DNA of 64,000 nt from Pristiophorus japonicus (lineage: Eukaryota), in assembly GCF_044704955.1 (NCBI RefSeq), contig NC_091985.1, positions 41,478,001 to 41,542,000 on the forward strand, given 5' to 3'. Within the stretch, counting starts at the first letter, position 1; each line of letters starts with the position of its first letter. This document shows, one piece after another, positions 1-12,064 of the stretch. A program made the translations under genes and the position numbers. The notes beneath the pieces were generated by a model. The model was not told where the DNA came from, did no database searches, and was given only the letters and a program-made list of their open reading frames with translations.

Positions 1-396
1 TTGGATCTGGACTGGAGATGTCCGAGGTTGAACAGTTTCCCGCTTGTCCTGTAGATTAACTCCATTCCAGCGGGGAGCTTGTTAAAGGCGAGATGAAGCA
101 TTGCAGCGAGGAAGATTGAGAAGAGCATTGGTGCGATGACACAGCCTTGCTTGGCCCCGGTCTGCACTTGTATTGGGCCTGTGGTGGATCCGTTGGTAAG
201 AATCACGACTTGCATGTCATAGTGAAGCAGGTGGAGGATGATGACGAATTTTTGAGGACAGCCGAATTTGAGAAGGACACTCCTTAATCCCTCGCAGTTG
301 ACTGTGTCGAAGGCCTTTGTGAGGTCAAAGAAAACAATGTACAGAGGTTGATGCTGCTCCCTTCTTTTTCTTGGATTTGTCATGCGGTGAAGATCA
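1..396 (-). mobile_element. RTE-clade LINE, reverse transcriptase segment (runs off the window start)
   Basis: Minus-strand translation MIFTA*QIQEK..EQHQPLYIVFFDLTKAFDTVN..KFGCPQKFV..TGAKQGCVIAPMLFSIF..YRTSGKLFNL carries RTE RT motifs. Confidence 0.9.
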
Positions 397-1614
397 CCTT
401 GAGTCATCCTAAAGACAAGTACAAGGAATCCTGGCAACACCCTCGCTCCAGGCACTGGCATCTGCTAGACTATGACATCATCTGAATGAGGGACCGCAAG
501 GACATACGCTTCACTCGCGCCATGACAGGAACTGACAACTGCTGGACTGATCACCAGGTCGTCCGCTCTGATATCTCCCATCAACATAGTCTCAAAACGG
601 CGGGGGCAACAGAAATGCTGCTGCAAAAAGATCAATGCTGAAGCATTCAAAGACCCTGCAAAGAAAGCCCTACTCAGCGAACGCTTCACAGACAACCTGA
701 TGACCTCCAATGAACCAGAGCCCGCAGGGTGTCCATAGTGCCTGGTCTGCCCTCAAATCCGCTATAATTAGCACCTACGAAGAGACTCTTGATTACTGTA
801 CCAGAAAACATCAAGACTGGTTCGATGAGGATGACCAGGAGATCCAGGAGCTAATAAACTGCAAACGCAAGGCATTTTTGAATTCGAAACAACTCCACAA
901 CTCAAGTGAACAAAAGCAGACCGACGGACAACTGAAGGTCGAGGTCCAATAAAAAAACTCGTGACCTAAAGAACAAATGGTGGGTCGGAAAAGCGCAGGA
1001 GATCCAGCAACTAGTCGACAGACACGAGGTGCGTGGATTTTTTAATGCAGTCAAGACCACCTACGGCTCAAACACTCAAGGTCCTATTCCACTGAGAGCC
1101 AAGAATGGAGAGGTGCTCATCAAGAACAGAGAGGCAGTCAGTGCCGCTGGAAGGAGCACTTTGAAGATCTTCTCAACCAAGACTTTATCTTTGACATGAG
1201 TGTCCTTGACTCCATCCCGCAGCATGCTGTCCACCACCACCTTGGCACAATTCCAGCCCGACATGAGGTTGGAAAGGCCATCAGACAACTGAAAAACAAG
1301 GCCTCAGGAGCAGATGGAATCCCTGCCGAGGTATTGAAGCATGGCAAAGAAGTACTCTTGGCATGAATCCATGACCTCATCTCTCTGATCTGGAAGTTGC
1401 AAAGCACGCCAGGGGATCTGAGATGCCGTAATCGTGACCATCTTCAAGAAAGGGGATAAGTCCGACTGCGGTAAATACAGAGGAGTTTCCCTGCTGTCTG
1501 CCGCAGGGAAAATCATCAAGAATCCTCCTCAATCATCTCCTTCCAGTGGCTGAAGAGCTCCTCCCAGAGTCGCAATGCGGATTCCGCCCACTAAGGGACA
1601 CAATGGACATGATC
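397..1614 (+). mobile_element. RTE-clade LINE, endonuclease end and linker up to the RT start (inverted 5' part of the 1-396 element)
   Basis: Translates to SWQHPRSRHWHLLDY, RKHQDWFDEDDQEIQELI, KASGADGIPAE and LLPESQCGFRPLRDTMDMI, with stops and frameshifts. Confidence 0.9.
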
Positions 1615-1639
1615 CTCAAAATATTAGGGTGGTGCTGGG

Positions 1640-1990
1640 AAGAGAATGACCAATTGGCCATGCTGTGCTTCAATTCCACTGGAACAGAGATGATGAAACC
1701 TTTGGTAATTTGGAAGTGTGCATGTTCTCATTGCTGTGTGAAAACATTTGACCTGAGCAGCATTGTTGAATGGTATTTAAAGGAGGCAGCTTACATGATC
1801 AGTGTTATCTGGAGAACGGCTCTAGAATTTCAACTGAAAGATGCACATTGTGGTTTGACACTTGATCTCATTACTGGACAATACAGACAACTCGTTTTGT
1901 TCCAGCAAATATGGCAGCCCACATCCAGCCTCTGCATACGGGGATCATTCACAACTTTAAAATAATTATGCTGCAAGTAACAGCTGAAGC
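1640..1990 (+). mobile_element. Degraded pogo/Tigger (DDE_1) transposase fragment
   Basis: AMLCFNSTGTEMMKPLVIWK resembles the Tigger LCxNAxGxEKLKPLVIGK motif. In another frame FVPANMAAHIQPLHTGIIHNFK resembles FLPPNTTSxLQPLDQGIIxxFK. Confidence 0.7.
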
Positions 1991-3040
1991 TTTGTGTGGA
2001 GAAAATTGCTCACCTGCTTTGGAATGAAGTGGCCCCCATTTTTTTCATCCACTACTTATTGCGCCACTATTTCCCATTGCTGGCCCTGCACCAGGGTACG
2101 CGTCTCATTCAACTGCAGCTAGGAGAGCAGACTGTTAAAATCAATAACCTGGTTGGTTACTTTGACAGTTCTGAAAATGCGGGGTTTGCCAATGACCGAC
2201 CATTAGCTGCAACACACTGCACAGTTTAGGAGCTGCTGACAGGTGTCCAATCAACCTTCAACATGAGCCCTCTGGTGGCCACGTGCACTGTTTATGCAAA
2301 GACAGTTGTCTGCGACTGCTGCCAAGGGGTGGGTGGGGTGGCTTTAGATACTGAAATGCATTTTGTTTTGCAAAATATAGAATAAGTTTCACATTGCAGC
2401 ACATAAATGCCATTCAGAGTGCAGCAGAAATATTATGGTGAGAGATTGAAAGCAATAGCCAATTACTTAAGAAGCAACAATAGTGAAAAGTATTTAGTTA
2501 TACTGTGCAGTTAGTATTTTATTAAATTATAGAGATTTAAATATTAATTGAAATGTTAAGATCCTTACTACTGCATGTCTATATGTTTGTCTTCTGGCTG
2601 TTTAAACCTTCAGTGGCCATCCTGAATTTGATAATGATTGATTATTGTTAATTGACTCATTTTGCAGCAGCACTTCTGTCTGAATTACCAAGGATAGATT
2701 GTACACCTTTACCTGAAACTACCGAGTATGGAAATGTTATTGTAGATGATGTAACTTGTAGTGCTATTTTAGGCTCTGGAAACCCAGTTTAGCCATTTAG
2801 GATTTGGGTTGAAAACAGCTACAAAAACCATTGACGGCAAATGCACGAAACCTGTAAATATGATGGGATTTAACAAGAATTTCATTGTCTGGTTTCCCTT
2901 CCATATTATTTTGCCTTTTCATTGTTTCTCTATGCAGTTCTCTGTTGCTGATTCGCCAGTGCCCTTTGTTTTTCCAACTAAATTTTATAATGTTTAATTA
3001 AAGAATCTCTGTTTGGTTTCGCCACTGAGGACCTAATTAA

Positions 3041-3333
3041 AATCATAGAATCATACAGCACAGAATAAGGTCATTCGACCCATCGTGCCTGTGCTGGCTC
3101 TTTGAAAGTGCTATCCAATTAGACCCTTTCCACTGCTCTTTCTGTGTAGACCTGCAAGTGTTTCCCCTTCAAGTATTTATCCAATTCCCTTTTGAAAGTT
3201 TCTATTGAATCTGTTCCCACCACCCTTTCAGAATTGTATTCCAGACCATCATAACTCGCTGCATTGAAACAAATTCTCTTCCTCTTTCCTCGGGTTCTTT
3301 TGCCAGTTATGTATTTTCTGGTTACTGACCCTT
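3041..3333 (-). mobile_element. CR1 LINE 3' end fragment
   Basis: atcatagaatcat tail; minus ORF contains DSIETFKRELDKYL, the CR1 ORF2 C-terminus. Confidence 0.85.
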
Positions 3334-4039
3334 TAGAAAAGTTTTTCATTTTATAGCATTTGTGGTCTACAGTTGTGTTGGTAAACTCTGGAAATGTGCA
3401 TACTCTAGAAAAGATACAAATATAGCCAAAGTGGAAGGCATGTAGTTAGCCAGTTTTATTATTATGGTTTGTGTTCAGAATAAAATGGTGTCCAAGACTG
3501 TTTCTTGTACACATTTAGTTAATTTGATTATTTTCTTGAAACCCATATTATATTTTGATAATTTAGTGTTGCCAGTTTAAAATAAAATCGGAACCCTGTT
3601 TCCATCATTACTGATATTTGTGAGGCAGAAAGAAATGTAAGATTATATTAATCCCAGATTGCTTTTGCCAAACAATTTACAGTTAAAGAGGAAACAGATT
3701 AGTTTTTTGAAAGCTGTTGGCTGCAATTAAATTGTTACATACACTGAGAAGCTAGGTAATTGGCTCAGACAAACTAAAATCGTTCAGTCCTAGTTTTAAT
3801 GATATTTTGCAATCTATGAAGCCAATTTGAAAACTGGGCAAGAAACTTTAAATGCTATGAAATATTATATTGTGCATTTTTTTGTTTACTTCTATGCATG
3901 TGGAGGTCCAATTGTACTGTTGCATATAGGATTGCCCATATTAGGAACACCGAAGCACTAGCTCCCTCACTTTAACATATACAATCTGCAGCTCGAGAAA
4001 GTACCGCCATTATGCAGTCCACAACTAGCCTATGGCATA

Positions 4040-4962
4040 GGAAATCATATATCCAAATTTGCTAATGACACAAAGATAGGCGGCATTGTACGCAGTGTAG
4101 ATGAAACCATAAAATTACAAAGGGATATTGATAGATTAAGTGAATCGGCAAAACTGTGGCAAATGGATTTCAATGTAAGCAAATGTGAGGTCATCCACTT
4201 TGAACCTAAAAAGGAAAGAACAGGGTATGGTGAAAAGCTAAAAAAAAACAGTGGATGTCTAAAGACACTTGGGGGTCCAGGTACATAGATCATTAAAATG
4301 TCATGAACAGGTACAGAAAATAATCAAAAAGGCTCATGGGATGCTGGCCTTTATATCTGGAGGACTAGAATACAAGGTAGAAGTTATGCTGCAGCTATAC
4401 AAAACCCTGGTTAGACCACACCTGGAGTACTGTGAGCAGTTCTGGGCACCACACCTTAGGAAGGATATATTGGCCTTGGAGACAATGTAGCGTAGGTTTA
4501 CCAGAATGATACCCGGACTTCAAGGGTTAAGTTACGAGGTGAAGTTATACAAATTAGGGCAATATTCCCTAGAATTTAGAAGGTTAAAGGGTGGTATAAT
4601 TGAAGTTTTCAGGATATTAAGGGGAACAGATAGGGTAGATAGAAACTATTTCTGCTGGTTGAGGATTCTAGGACTAGGGGGCATAGTCTACAAATCAGAG
4701 CCAGACCTTTGAAGAGTGAATGTAAGAAAGACCTCTATGCACAAAGGATGGTAGAAGTTTGGAACTCTTCCACAAATGGCAATTGATGCGAGATCAATTG
4801 TTAATTTTAAATCTGAGATTGATGGCTTTTTTTTTATAAACAAGGGTATTAAGGGATATGGGCCAAAGGTGGGTATATGGAGTTAGGTCGCAGATCAGCC
4901 ATGATCTCATTGAATGGAGGAACAGACTCGAGGGATTGAATAGCCTACTCCTGTTCCTATGT
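4040..4962 (+). mobile_element. CR1 LINE, 5'-truncated (RT C-terminus to 3' end)
   Basis: ISKFANDTK and LYKTLVRPHLEYCEQFWAPHLRKDILALE; CR1 3' UTR ending cctactcctgttcctatgt. Confidence 0.92.
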
Positions 4963-7900
4963 ACACAAGCCACTACACTCTACAGACCTAGGATCTAGCT
5001 ACTTCTAAGCATCCTTCCTTCTAGGATATCACTAACCTACCAGCATTTTCTTGTTTCAAGCTTTCTCCACTGAGTTATAGTTTCCAAAAATTGCATAGAA
5101 AATACAATCCACATAATCGGAGGCATTAAAGAAAGTCTGTTCTTAAATCAAGGCCACACAGTATCTACCATAACAGATTCCTTAAAGCAGTCAACCACTA
5201 ATTGCATTTCTGTAGAGTATTTAACAAAGTAAAACGTTTCAAGGTGAATCACAGTCAAAAAGTATTTAGTACGCTTGTATTTACCCTGCTCTTCAATGTG
5301 TAATCTGAATAGGCCAGAACAGTAATTTTGAATCTTTGTTTGACCTAATCACCACTCTGTCCTTGTGTTCAGGAAAACACCCAATACAGGTGTCGCTTTA
5401 CTTGGCCTTGAGACTTGCTGTATAATTCTGGATCTTGCTTCTCCAGTGCCCTCAAAACTATCTCTGCAATCCCTTGGAGTCTCTTGCACTTCTGATCCCA
5501 CCCTTCACTTGCTGGACTTTTCCAGGGAAGAAGTTCAGGCTATATTTTGACTTATAGCCTATTGTGTGTAGAGGCTGAATGAGATTCAAATAATGAGGGT
5601 GATGATATCTATGGCAAGTAAACTGGCATTGTTCCCTCACTTGTTCAACATACAAAACAGCTAGTCCCTTCATCCCACTAGGGGAAAATTTAGTAATTAA
5701 GTTGAATGGGAAAGATTTGAGGAATTCTCATGTAACTGTTTACTGCACTAGCCCGAGGTGCAACTTGGCTTCTGGCTTTGGAGATTGGACCACTGTCAAC
5801 TGATATCTGTGCTGATTGCGTGCCCAGAGCATTGTCTGATACCCAGCTGATCACTTCACTTCCCACACCATAAATCCTCAGCTTTGAGGTAGTCATCGCA
5901 AGCCCCAAACCAAAGTCCTAGCAAATGAATTTCAATACCAAGCACAACATACCTTGATAGCACTGGTGTACTGCCACCTCCTCTTCAATGAATACCGGAA
6001 AAAAACAACAGCTAAGCAATATCTCAACTTTCTGGTTTTATTCACCAGACAAAGTTTTGCTAAGTTTGCCCTTCTATCTTCAAAATTGGGCGGGAGAATC
6101 TGTCGCAGCAGAATCCTAGTTTTGTGGGATGTCCAAGAAAAATTTGAACCAAAAATGAGCGAGTGGCAAGAAACTTTTATGTGGAAAGAACACTTCAAAT
6201 GTAGGTGACTTCATGCCAAGTCCAGTGGGTCAATTTGTAAACAAACAGCCCACTCAAATTGCTAGCGCCAAAACATGCACCTCTCCAATGGACAGAAGCC
6301 AAGTTAGGTCATTGTAGATAACATGGACCATTTGCTTGAGCAAACACTCATAGATACCTTGAGGTAATTAACAGTATGGCCAACCAGGCAGTGGTATTTG
6401 CACTGCTTGCGATATGCAGTGCAGACTGATGAAGGTTCCTTTTTTGAACTAGTGCCTCCTACAGGAGTAAGTGAAAATTACACTGGAAAGCTTGAATAAG
6501 CACCAGAAAAGTATTTGTGCAATCACAGCAGCTCAGGATCAATGCCAGGCCCAGACTCCGATGAATCCCACTTTATTCCACAAGGAGTGTAGCCAGGGAA
6601 AAATTCCAATAAGGGAGGCAAACTGAGACCCATGCCTCTGCCTGCTGCCAAGCTTCCTCCATCCAGTAACTGTGCTGACAACTCTGCCCTCCCACCCAAG
6701 AAAGGCATGTAGTTGGAGAGCCCCACCCAATTCAGATGAGTGGGTAGCATGAGGCTTAGGCACTAGTTTCCGAGCACCTTCTGCAACATTCAAGAGATTG
6801 TTTTCTTGGGGAAGTTTGAAGGTTTACAGACAAGGGAGATACTGTGCAAAGAAACTTGTAAACTTGTATTTTTGGCTAAGGCATTTTGTGGCTGGGAATC
6901 CTGTTTTCCTGCTGATACTTGTTAGGTCCAAAAATCATGGGGAGGTTTGGCTTACTGAGTCTGAACATTAAACGTACATCGCTGTGCCACAAATTATTTA
7001 AATGGTTCAGCAAGGCTAATGACACGTATGTAGCAATTCTGCATCATTGAAGTCACCACCAGCTAGACAGATTTCCCCAAGAAGTATCTTCAATGCAACA
7101 TGGATAGTGTGAATTACCTATAAGGTACCAACCCCTCAGGGTTGCTATCAAATGCTTCTGATTTCAACCTTGAGAAGGCACAATAGAGACTCTATACTTA
7201 TCCCTAGATTATTTGCTTATCTACATGCTGTCATCTGAGTCTTCTAGGAAAGCAGTTTAAACTATTTCTCTGCTCTAGGCTCTGGAATTGACGATCAACT
7301 GTGAGAAGTCTCAGCTTCACCTCAAGGAAGGACTTATCCTTCATAAAAGCCCAGCTCCAAACACCAGTGGCATTGTATCTCCTTTTGGTGGCCTGGACTG
7401 GAGTGTTTCAGGTTCAGTGCCCATGGCCGAGAGTACTGCCAAGTACAGCAGTTTCTGTATGTATTAGTAATTAATAGTGAACAGATATAGCCTGGATGGC
7501 ATTTGACCCCTTTGAGTGTTACTACCACCTTCCTCAGAAGATGGGTGTCCATCCAGGAAGGACATGGACATAAGGTGAAGTAGGGGAAGACTTGTTGGTA
7601 TTTCGTATGATGAGAGGATCTTCATAGAAGAGCCTTTTTATTCAAATTCTTGTGTGTAACTTGAAACTCATCTGAGTAAGCTTAGTTCATAATCTTTCAA
7701 ATCAGTACATTCTTTTGATTTTTGTTTTAATCTCCTGTGATTTAAAACCACCACTTTATTGGCACCTATATCAGCATGCAGGGTCAGTGAATTTCATTCC
7801 AATGGTTGGCTAAACACATCTATTGGGTTACGCCTATGCCTATCCCTGTTCATGTCCAAAATTGAGTCTGTCTTGTTTTGAGAAGCAACAGTGCCAAAGT

Positions 7901-9526
7901 TTAATCAACCACCTGCTGCCACATCCATCATAAGAAAGTGCTGTTGCGTGGTTGTGCATAAAGCACTTGCTTATTGTGGGGACAAGAAGCGCATTATCAG
8001 TCCAAAATTCTGCAGTGATAAATTATGGGGCAACCCAATGCCAAGCCAGTGTTGAGCAAACTGGGTTGTGGCATATGTTTATCCATGTTTAATCCATGGC
8101 TTAACTGAAACCACTGAAGAAGGTTTTTGAAGCACATTCTATGCACGGACTGGGCATGTTTTGCACCAATATGCATGGGGTTGCTGTGAAATTTATCAGC
8201 AATAAAAGTCACATGGAAAAAGTTGTCATTTTTGCAAAGCACAGCTGTTTTAGATTTTAAGCAAGTTGAAACCTAGAAACTTGGCAAAATCCATCTTTTA
8301 ATGTGTAGGTTGAATAAAATGAGGTAGAGTGGTAGACCATTTACCAACAATCTAACCTGGACAGCATTTTTCTTATTCTTTGAAAGAAGCTCAATCTATA
8401 CATATAAAGCTTTCTTCTGGCCAAGCCCTCATCTCTCTTCATAACCTGATGAGGCTTGAAGTTGTGGCTTAATGTGTTTTATAATCTATATTATTTTAAA
8501 TTATACCTTTTATGGAGTTCTTTATCATTTTCATGTTTCATTGTTATTGATCTTATCACTGGTTCATTGATCTTTTATACATCTATTGGCATGGTTCCAG
8601 TGCTCTTGTTGGTCTCGAAGGTCAGTTACTGTTGTCTCCAACAGTCCCAAGATCTGAAGATTTGCCTCAAACCTAAACTGGACCACCAGAGCTGGCAGAT
8701 TATCTGACTAGCTGTGAAATTTTTAAGGGCCGGTACCTCTCGAAGTAATGCTTCTTTTGCAGGCAGAGGTTGAATTTCGTTCATAAGAATAAGTAAAATG
8801 GTATCTTTGCTGAATGATCCAGCATTTTCTTTTGTGTTCCATAGACAGAAATAGAAATGACACATTCTTGCTACTATTGGCTTTTCACTGTGAGGAATTG
8901 ATCATCTTAAAATGAACCACTAATCAATTTGCTTTTGCTTTATTTTTAAATCCTCCTGACTTAATGGACTTTCTTCATCGATAATGGGTGGGTGAGGGGA
9001 TGAATGTTATAAGAACATAAGAAATACGAGCAGGAGTAGGCCATTTGGCCCCTCGAGCCTGCTCCGCCATTCAATAAGATCATGGCTGATCTGATCTTGG
9101 CCTCAACTCCACTACCCTGCCCGCTCCCCATAACCCTTGACACTGCTATCGTTCAAAAATCTGTCTATCTCAACCTTAAATATATTCAACCACCCAGCCT
9201 CCACAGCTCTCTGGGGCAGAGAATTCCAAAGATTCACGATCCTCTGAGAGAAGAAATTCCTCCTCCTTCTCCATTTTAAATGGGCGACCCCTTATTCTGA
9301 AACTATGCCCCCTAGTTCTAGATTCACCCATGAGGGGAAACATCCTCTCTGCATCTACCCTGTCCAGCCCCCTCAGAATTGTTTATGTTTCACCTCTCAT
9401 TCTTCTAAACTCCAATGAATATAAGCCCAAACTGCTCAACCTTTCTTAAGAAAACCCTTTCATCTCAGGAATCAACCTAGTGAATCTTCTCTGAACTGCC
9501 TCCAATGCAAGTATATCCCTCTTTAA

Positions 9527-12064
9527 GGGCCCAAGAGTTGCCCCTTTTTTTTTTTTGGAGTAAGCCTTTTTTTGGAGTAACTTAAAAATCGCACATTTCC
9601 CCATTTAACTTGCTCCAATGTAAGTCAGCTAGTTAGGTTTTTTTCTAGTTTAGTTTGTTCTCTCCAAAAGGGGGCGTGACAAGCCACTTACACCTCTTCT
9701 GGCCATAGAAGCAAATTTGGCCAGCTGAAAGTTACGCCAAACTAATTAAGACCAATGTATGTGGCCACTTTTGTAGGCACAGAAAAACCTTACCTACATT
9801 TAAGAAATCAGCGCAGGTAGCCAGAGATAGGGTGGGGGGGGAAGGTGAGTTAGAGGATTCCAAAGCACTAAAGACCTTCACAACATCAGCACAACATTAC
9901 AACATCTTCAGCACAACAGCTGCACAACATCATCAAAAATAAATGAAAGATAAATCAGCTGCTGAAAATAGAGCAGTCCTACCTTGCCAACTGCAGAAAG
10001 CACCAGCTAGCCCTCCCGCCAGGGCTAGGGGCGGAAGGCACGCATGACTGTAGGGTGAGGAATTTTTACTTTTTACAGTTGGCCCAAAATGTTGTGTGGT
10101 CCTAATGGAGCATGAATCAGTTTTAATGCAAAAATCTTTTATTGGAAATTTTACAGTGCACTTCAATGACAAAAGCAAAGAAAGGCTGAACCCATCCCTC
10201 ACCCACATCTCGGGGAAAGTACACTTCCCCATAGGGTCGGTGATGGTGGTGGGGGGGGGGGGGGGGTTGGGGACCCGGCTTGGGTCTGGCTGGTGCGTCG
10301 AGTGAAGTGGGAGTGGCATTTGAGTATCTGGCCTTTGTGCCCTTATTGCAGAAGCTAGCTCCCTCATGGCATCTGCCATCATCTGCACAACCTCTGAAAT
10401 GCCCGCCCTCACTTCCCATCTTAGTGCAGAGATTTCACCCGACAGTGTCACGACCTCATCATGCACCCCACTGACGGCTGCCACTAGTGATCTTGTGAGG
10501 GCATTGATCTCCTCACCCAGTGAAACAATCTGATTAGCCTCTGCTGAGGGCTGCAGCTCAGGAGAGACTGGTCAGCTTCTCATTCCTCTTGCCATGGGTC
10601 TGCCTAGTGGCACCCCTCCAGTGCGAGGCGCAGGCTGGGACAGTGGGGGACTGGGTGTCCCAACATGCATTTCCCGACCGCCACTGAGACTCGCGACTTC
10701 GGAAGGTGTGAACCCATGGAATGTTGCCGAGGAGCTCATGGAGGTTTCTGGCTGTGTGATGCCTTGTGCTATGGACTGATCCAAATCGCGGTCAGCATTC
10801 TCCCATCCACATATTTCCATGGACACCTCCTCCCCCCCCCCCACCCGCCTTGGTCTGGTTCCTCTAGTGGATCTTGAGGAGTGTCGTCGTCTTCTGCAAA
10901 ATACAACACAACAGTCAAATGGTTAGCAGCACAGGAGGGGGCAGGATGGGTGGCATGAGAAGTCTGATGCATAGCAGGCCAGTCAGCAGGTTGATTTGAA
11001 GGGCAACTATGCATTTTAATGACTCAACCTCACCCTCGCGTGTGGGTCCAGCTTGTGCAGAGCTGATTCTTTATCTGCCGGTGTGACTCAGCAAGCAGCA
11101 ACCCTCTGTTCCAGGGGTGACAGTTGGTGCAGATTTGACGGACCTCCTCCAGTTCTCGTTCTCTCCCTCTTGTGAGCCAGTTTCTTCTGCAAAGATGAAA
11201 ATATTAATTTTCAGACATGGTGCGCTTCTGATGGGTGGGACACATACAGATGCTCACATTTCCCACTGCAATTCAATTTAAAGATGAAGATATTGCTTAC
11301 ACTTACTACTTGACCAATGTCCTGCCATTTCTTCTTGCACTGGCTTCCAGATCTTGTGGTGTTGACCTCAGCGGAGTATTCTGCAACGAGGTTCCATCTT
11401 TTTCTCATTTCCTTGGGTGAAACTTTTGACGGACCACTCTTGCTGATATCGAGCTCCAGCCATTTCTCCTCAATTACAGTCACTAGTTTCTCCACTTCCT
11501 CATGGAGGAAATTCTTTGTTCGTCTTGCACGCTCTTGCGCCATTCGTCTGTTGGACTCACAGGCAGGTAATGTTCAAAAATCACATTTCTCACCTTTCTT
11601 GCACCGATCCAGCACTTCTTTCCACTCCCTCCGCCACACATAAATAAATATTTAAACCTTGCCTTTATATCGGCTCCATTACCAATGATACTGAGGACGC
11701 TCTCCCTTTAATTGGCCGATTGCCAAGCTTCCTGTTGCACTGCGCATGTGTGCAAGCTGAACCACCCATCGCACATGCGTGCACGCTCAAACGGACATGC
11801 GTCCCCCTGCCGGCATTCCACAAAACCCTGGGCCTAAGCCCCACCCCCCCCCCCAGCCGGCTGCGCTGAGTAAGTGCTGCCGAAGCTCCACGTCCCCCTC
11901 CCCCCCCCCCCCCCCCCCCCGACTCTGCAGCATCACGCCAATGGATCAGGACGACGAGGGAGCGGCCAAATTGAAAGGTACATTTTTGGCGCCTTTTCTG
12001 GCTTTCAAAGTCGGCGTGCCACCACTAACTACACAGCTCTAGGCAGCTGGGGAAATTTGGGCCC
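9527..12064 (-). mobile_element. Non-autonomous PIF/Harbinger-type DNA transposon (about 2.5 kb) with a Myb/SANT-like gene
   Basis: Inverted termini gggcccaagagttgcccc (9527) and ggggaaatttgggccc (12064); CR1 sequence resumes on both sides; Myb/SANT-like ORF inside; no DDE transposase seen. Confidence 0.8.
10190..11543 (-). pseudogene. Harbinger-associated Myb/SANT-like DNA-binding protein gene, 3 exons, frameshifted
   Basis: Exon 1 (11543-11301): MAQERARRTKNFLHEEVEKLV..W..VAE..RSGSQCKKKWQD, then GTAAGC donor. Exon 2 from 11186 after ctttgcag: KKLAHKRERTRTGGGP..LSPLEQRV. Exon 3 from 10893 after ttttgcag: acidic linker and a coiled-coil-like segment (ISALRWEVRAGISEVVQMMADAMRELASAIR). Confidence 0.8.

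Noticed and set aside
8626-8865. 79-aa minus ORF and nearby AG/GT sites considered as a host exon
   Set aside because: No recognisable protein motif and no consistent acceptor-donor pair with an open frame.
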